A DNA stretch of 64,000 bases from Mobula birostris (lineage: Eukaryota). The stretch covers positions 43,800,459 to 43,864,458 of the forward strand of contig NC_092395.1 of assembly GCF_030028105.1 (NCBI RefSeq). Direction: 5' to 3'. Made by a program: the position numbers and the translations under genes. Under the pieces are notes generated by a model, which made no database searches, was not told the origin of the DNA, and saw nothing but the letters and a program-made list of their open reading frames with translations. Numbering within the stretch: position 1 is the stretch's first letter; each line of letters opens with the position of its first letter. Shown here one piece after another: positions 63,231 to 64,000 of the stretch.

Positions 63231-63553
63231 CTAACAGCTGGATTGTGTGACTGTTGCGGATATTGTCGAGGCTGCTCCTTGTTGAACTGAGCAGGAGCAC
63301 CTCTTCCCACTGCTCCAGTCTGCGCCGGGCACCGTCAGGTTGCTGCTGAGACTGAAGGTTTTGTCCGCGTTCTGAGTCACCCCGCTGGTTTGCACATCAC
63401 TGCTCGTTGGACTGTCGTTCACTGTCCAGCTGACGACAGGGAAGCCCATCGACAATTTACTGACTACGCAAACTAAGGTGCCCGCTCCTCTAGCGGAGAT
63501 TACTTCGGCCGACTGCCCAAGCGGTTTCACTGAAGGGTCTGAGAGTTTCTGAG
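63231..63553 (-). CDS. IGL: Ig light chain cluster 2, constant-domain exon (V-J expected beyond the window end; may be degenerate)
   Basis: Same length (323 nt) and phase as the cluster 1 C exon, with 23 nt differences. Acceptor ttttgttctcgttccAG at 63555-63554, ORF intact to TAG. Carries Y>C, Y>N, L>P and P>Q changes at normally conserved positions. Confidence 0.9.
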
Positions 63554-64000
63554 CTGGAACGAGAACAAAAGAAGATGAGTTTCAAGTCGGGAAAGAGTAT
63601 TCGTCATTTCCGTTTGACAGAAATGCAACTAAATGGTTTCAGCTTCACTGAGTGGGGCCCGCAAAGCCCATGGAGGACAGTGCATGTTGACGAGCACGGA
63701 AAAACTAGAAATCTACTCCAACCAGTGAGGCTTTTTGGCGCTGAGTGATTCACGGAACTGAGAGACGCACGGCATCAAAGCGCTTTCTACCCCCAGAGTA
63801 GTTTAATGTATTCATTCTCTATGCCATTGGTAATACGTTCCTCTTCTTCACCCACCCGTCTCTAATGGCCTCGCTGCTGTAGATAGAATAAACATCTCAC
63901 CATCTGCTCTGCCCCAGTGGACGGGGGCACCAAAAGCGCGACCCTGAGCTCCATGGATCGGGGCAGGATAGGTCGCTCTGTGATCTGTGAAGATGTCGAG
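63554..64000 (-). other. 3' part of the cluster 2 J-C intron
   Basis: Aligns to 5519-6116 with a ~150-nt indel. Shared blocks include ACTAGAAATCTAyTCCAACCrGTGAGG and GGTCGCTCTGTGATCTG. Confidence 0.8.

Larger units (their letters stand above)
52340..64000. repeat. Cluster 2 unit (distal flank, proximal flank, C exon, intron), paralogous to 1-6116
   Basis: Collinear homology with cluster 1, interrupted by two copy-specific LINE insertions (54833-56477 and 58064-61134). Confidence 0.85.

Overview
Eukaryotic vertebrate DNA, most likely from a cartilaginous fish and probably a ray (inferred from the immunoglobulin organisation and the repeat families). The window lies in a multi-cluster immunoglobulin light-chain locus. 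On the minus strand at 5196-7056 is a complete, in-frame IgL gene of the sigma/sigma-cart group: octamer/TATA promoter, leader, an already joined V-J exon with no RSS, a GC-AG J-C intron, and a C exon. A second, co-oriented cluster begins 58,035 bp away with a C exon at 63231-63553; its V-J lies beyond the window end. Both clusters share a ~5.4-kb downstream flank. A third, gene-less copy of that flank's distal part sits at ~37.3-39.8 kb and, like the cluster 2 copy, carries a CTCF-like motif. The spacer holds a degenerate USP35-like processed pseudogene (31.5-32.7 kb) and dense, often nested transposons: CR1, Rex1/Babar, RTE, Tx1, R4/Dong, Penelope-like, Tc1, Sushi- and Gmr1-like Gypsy, SINEs and LTRs. 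All alignments and counts were done by eye; TE boundaries without a stated TSD are approximate.
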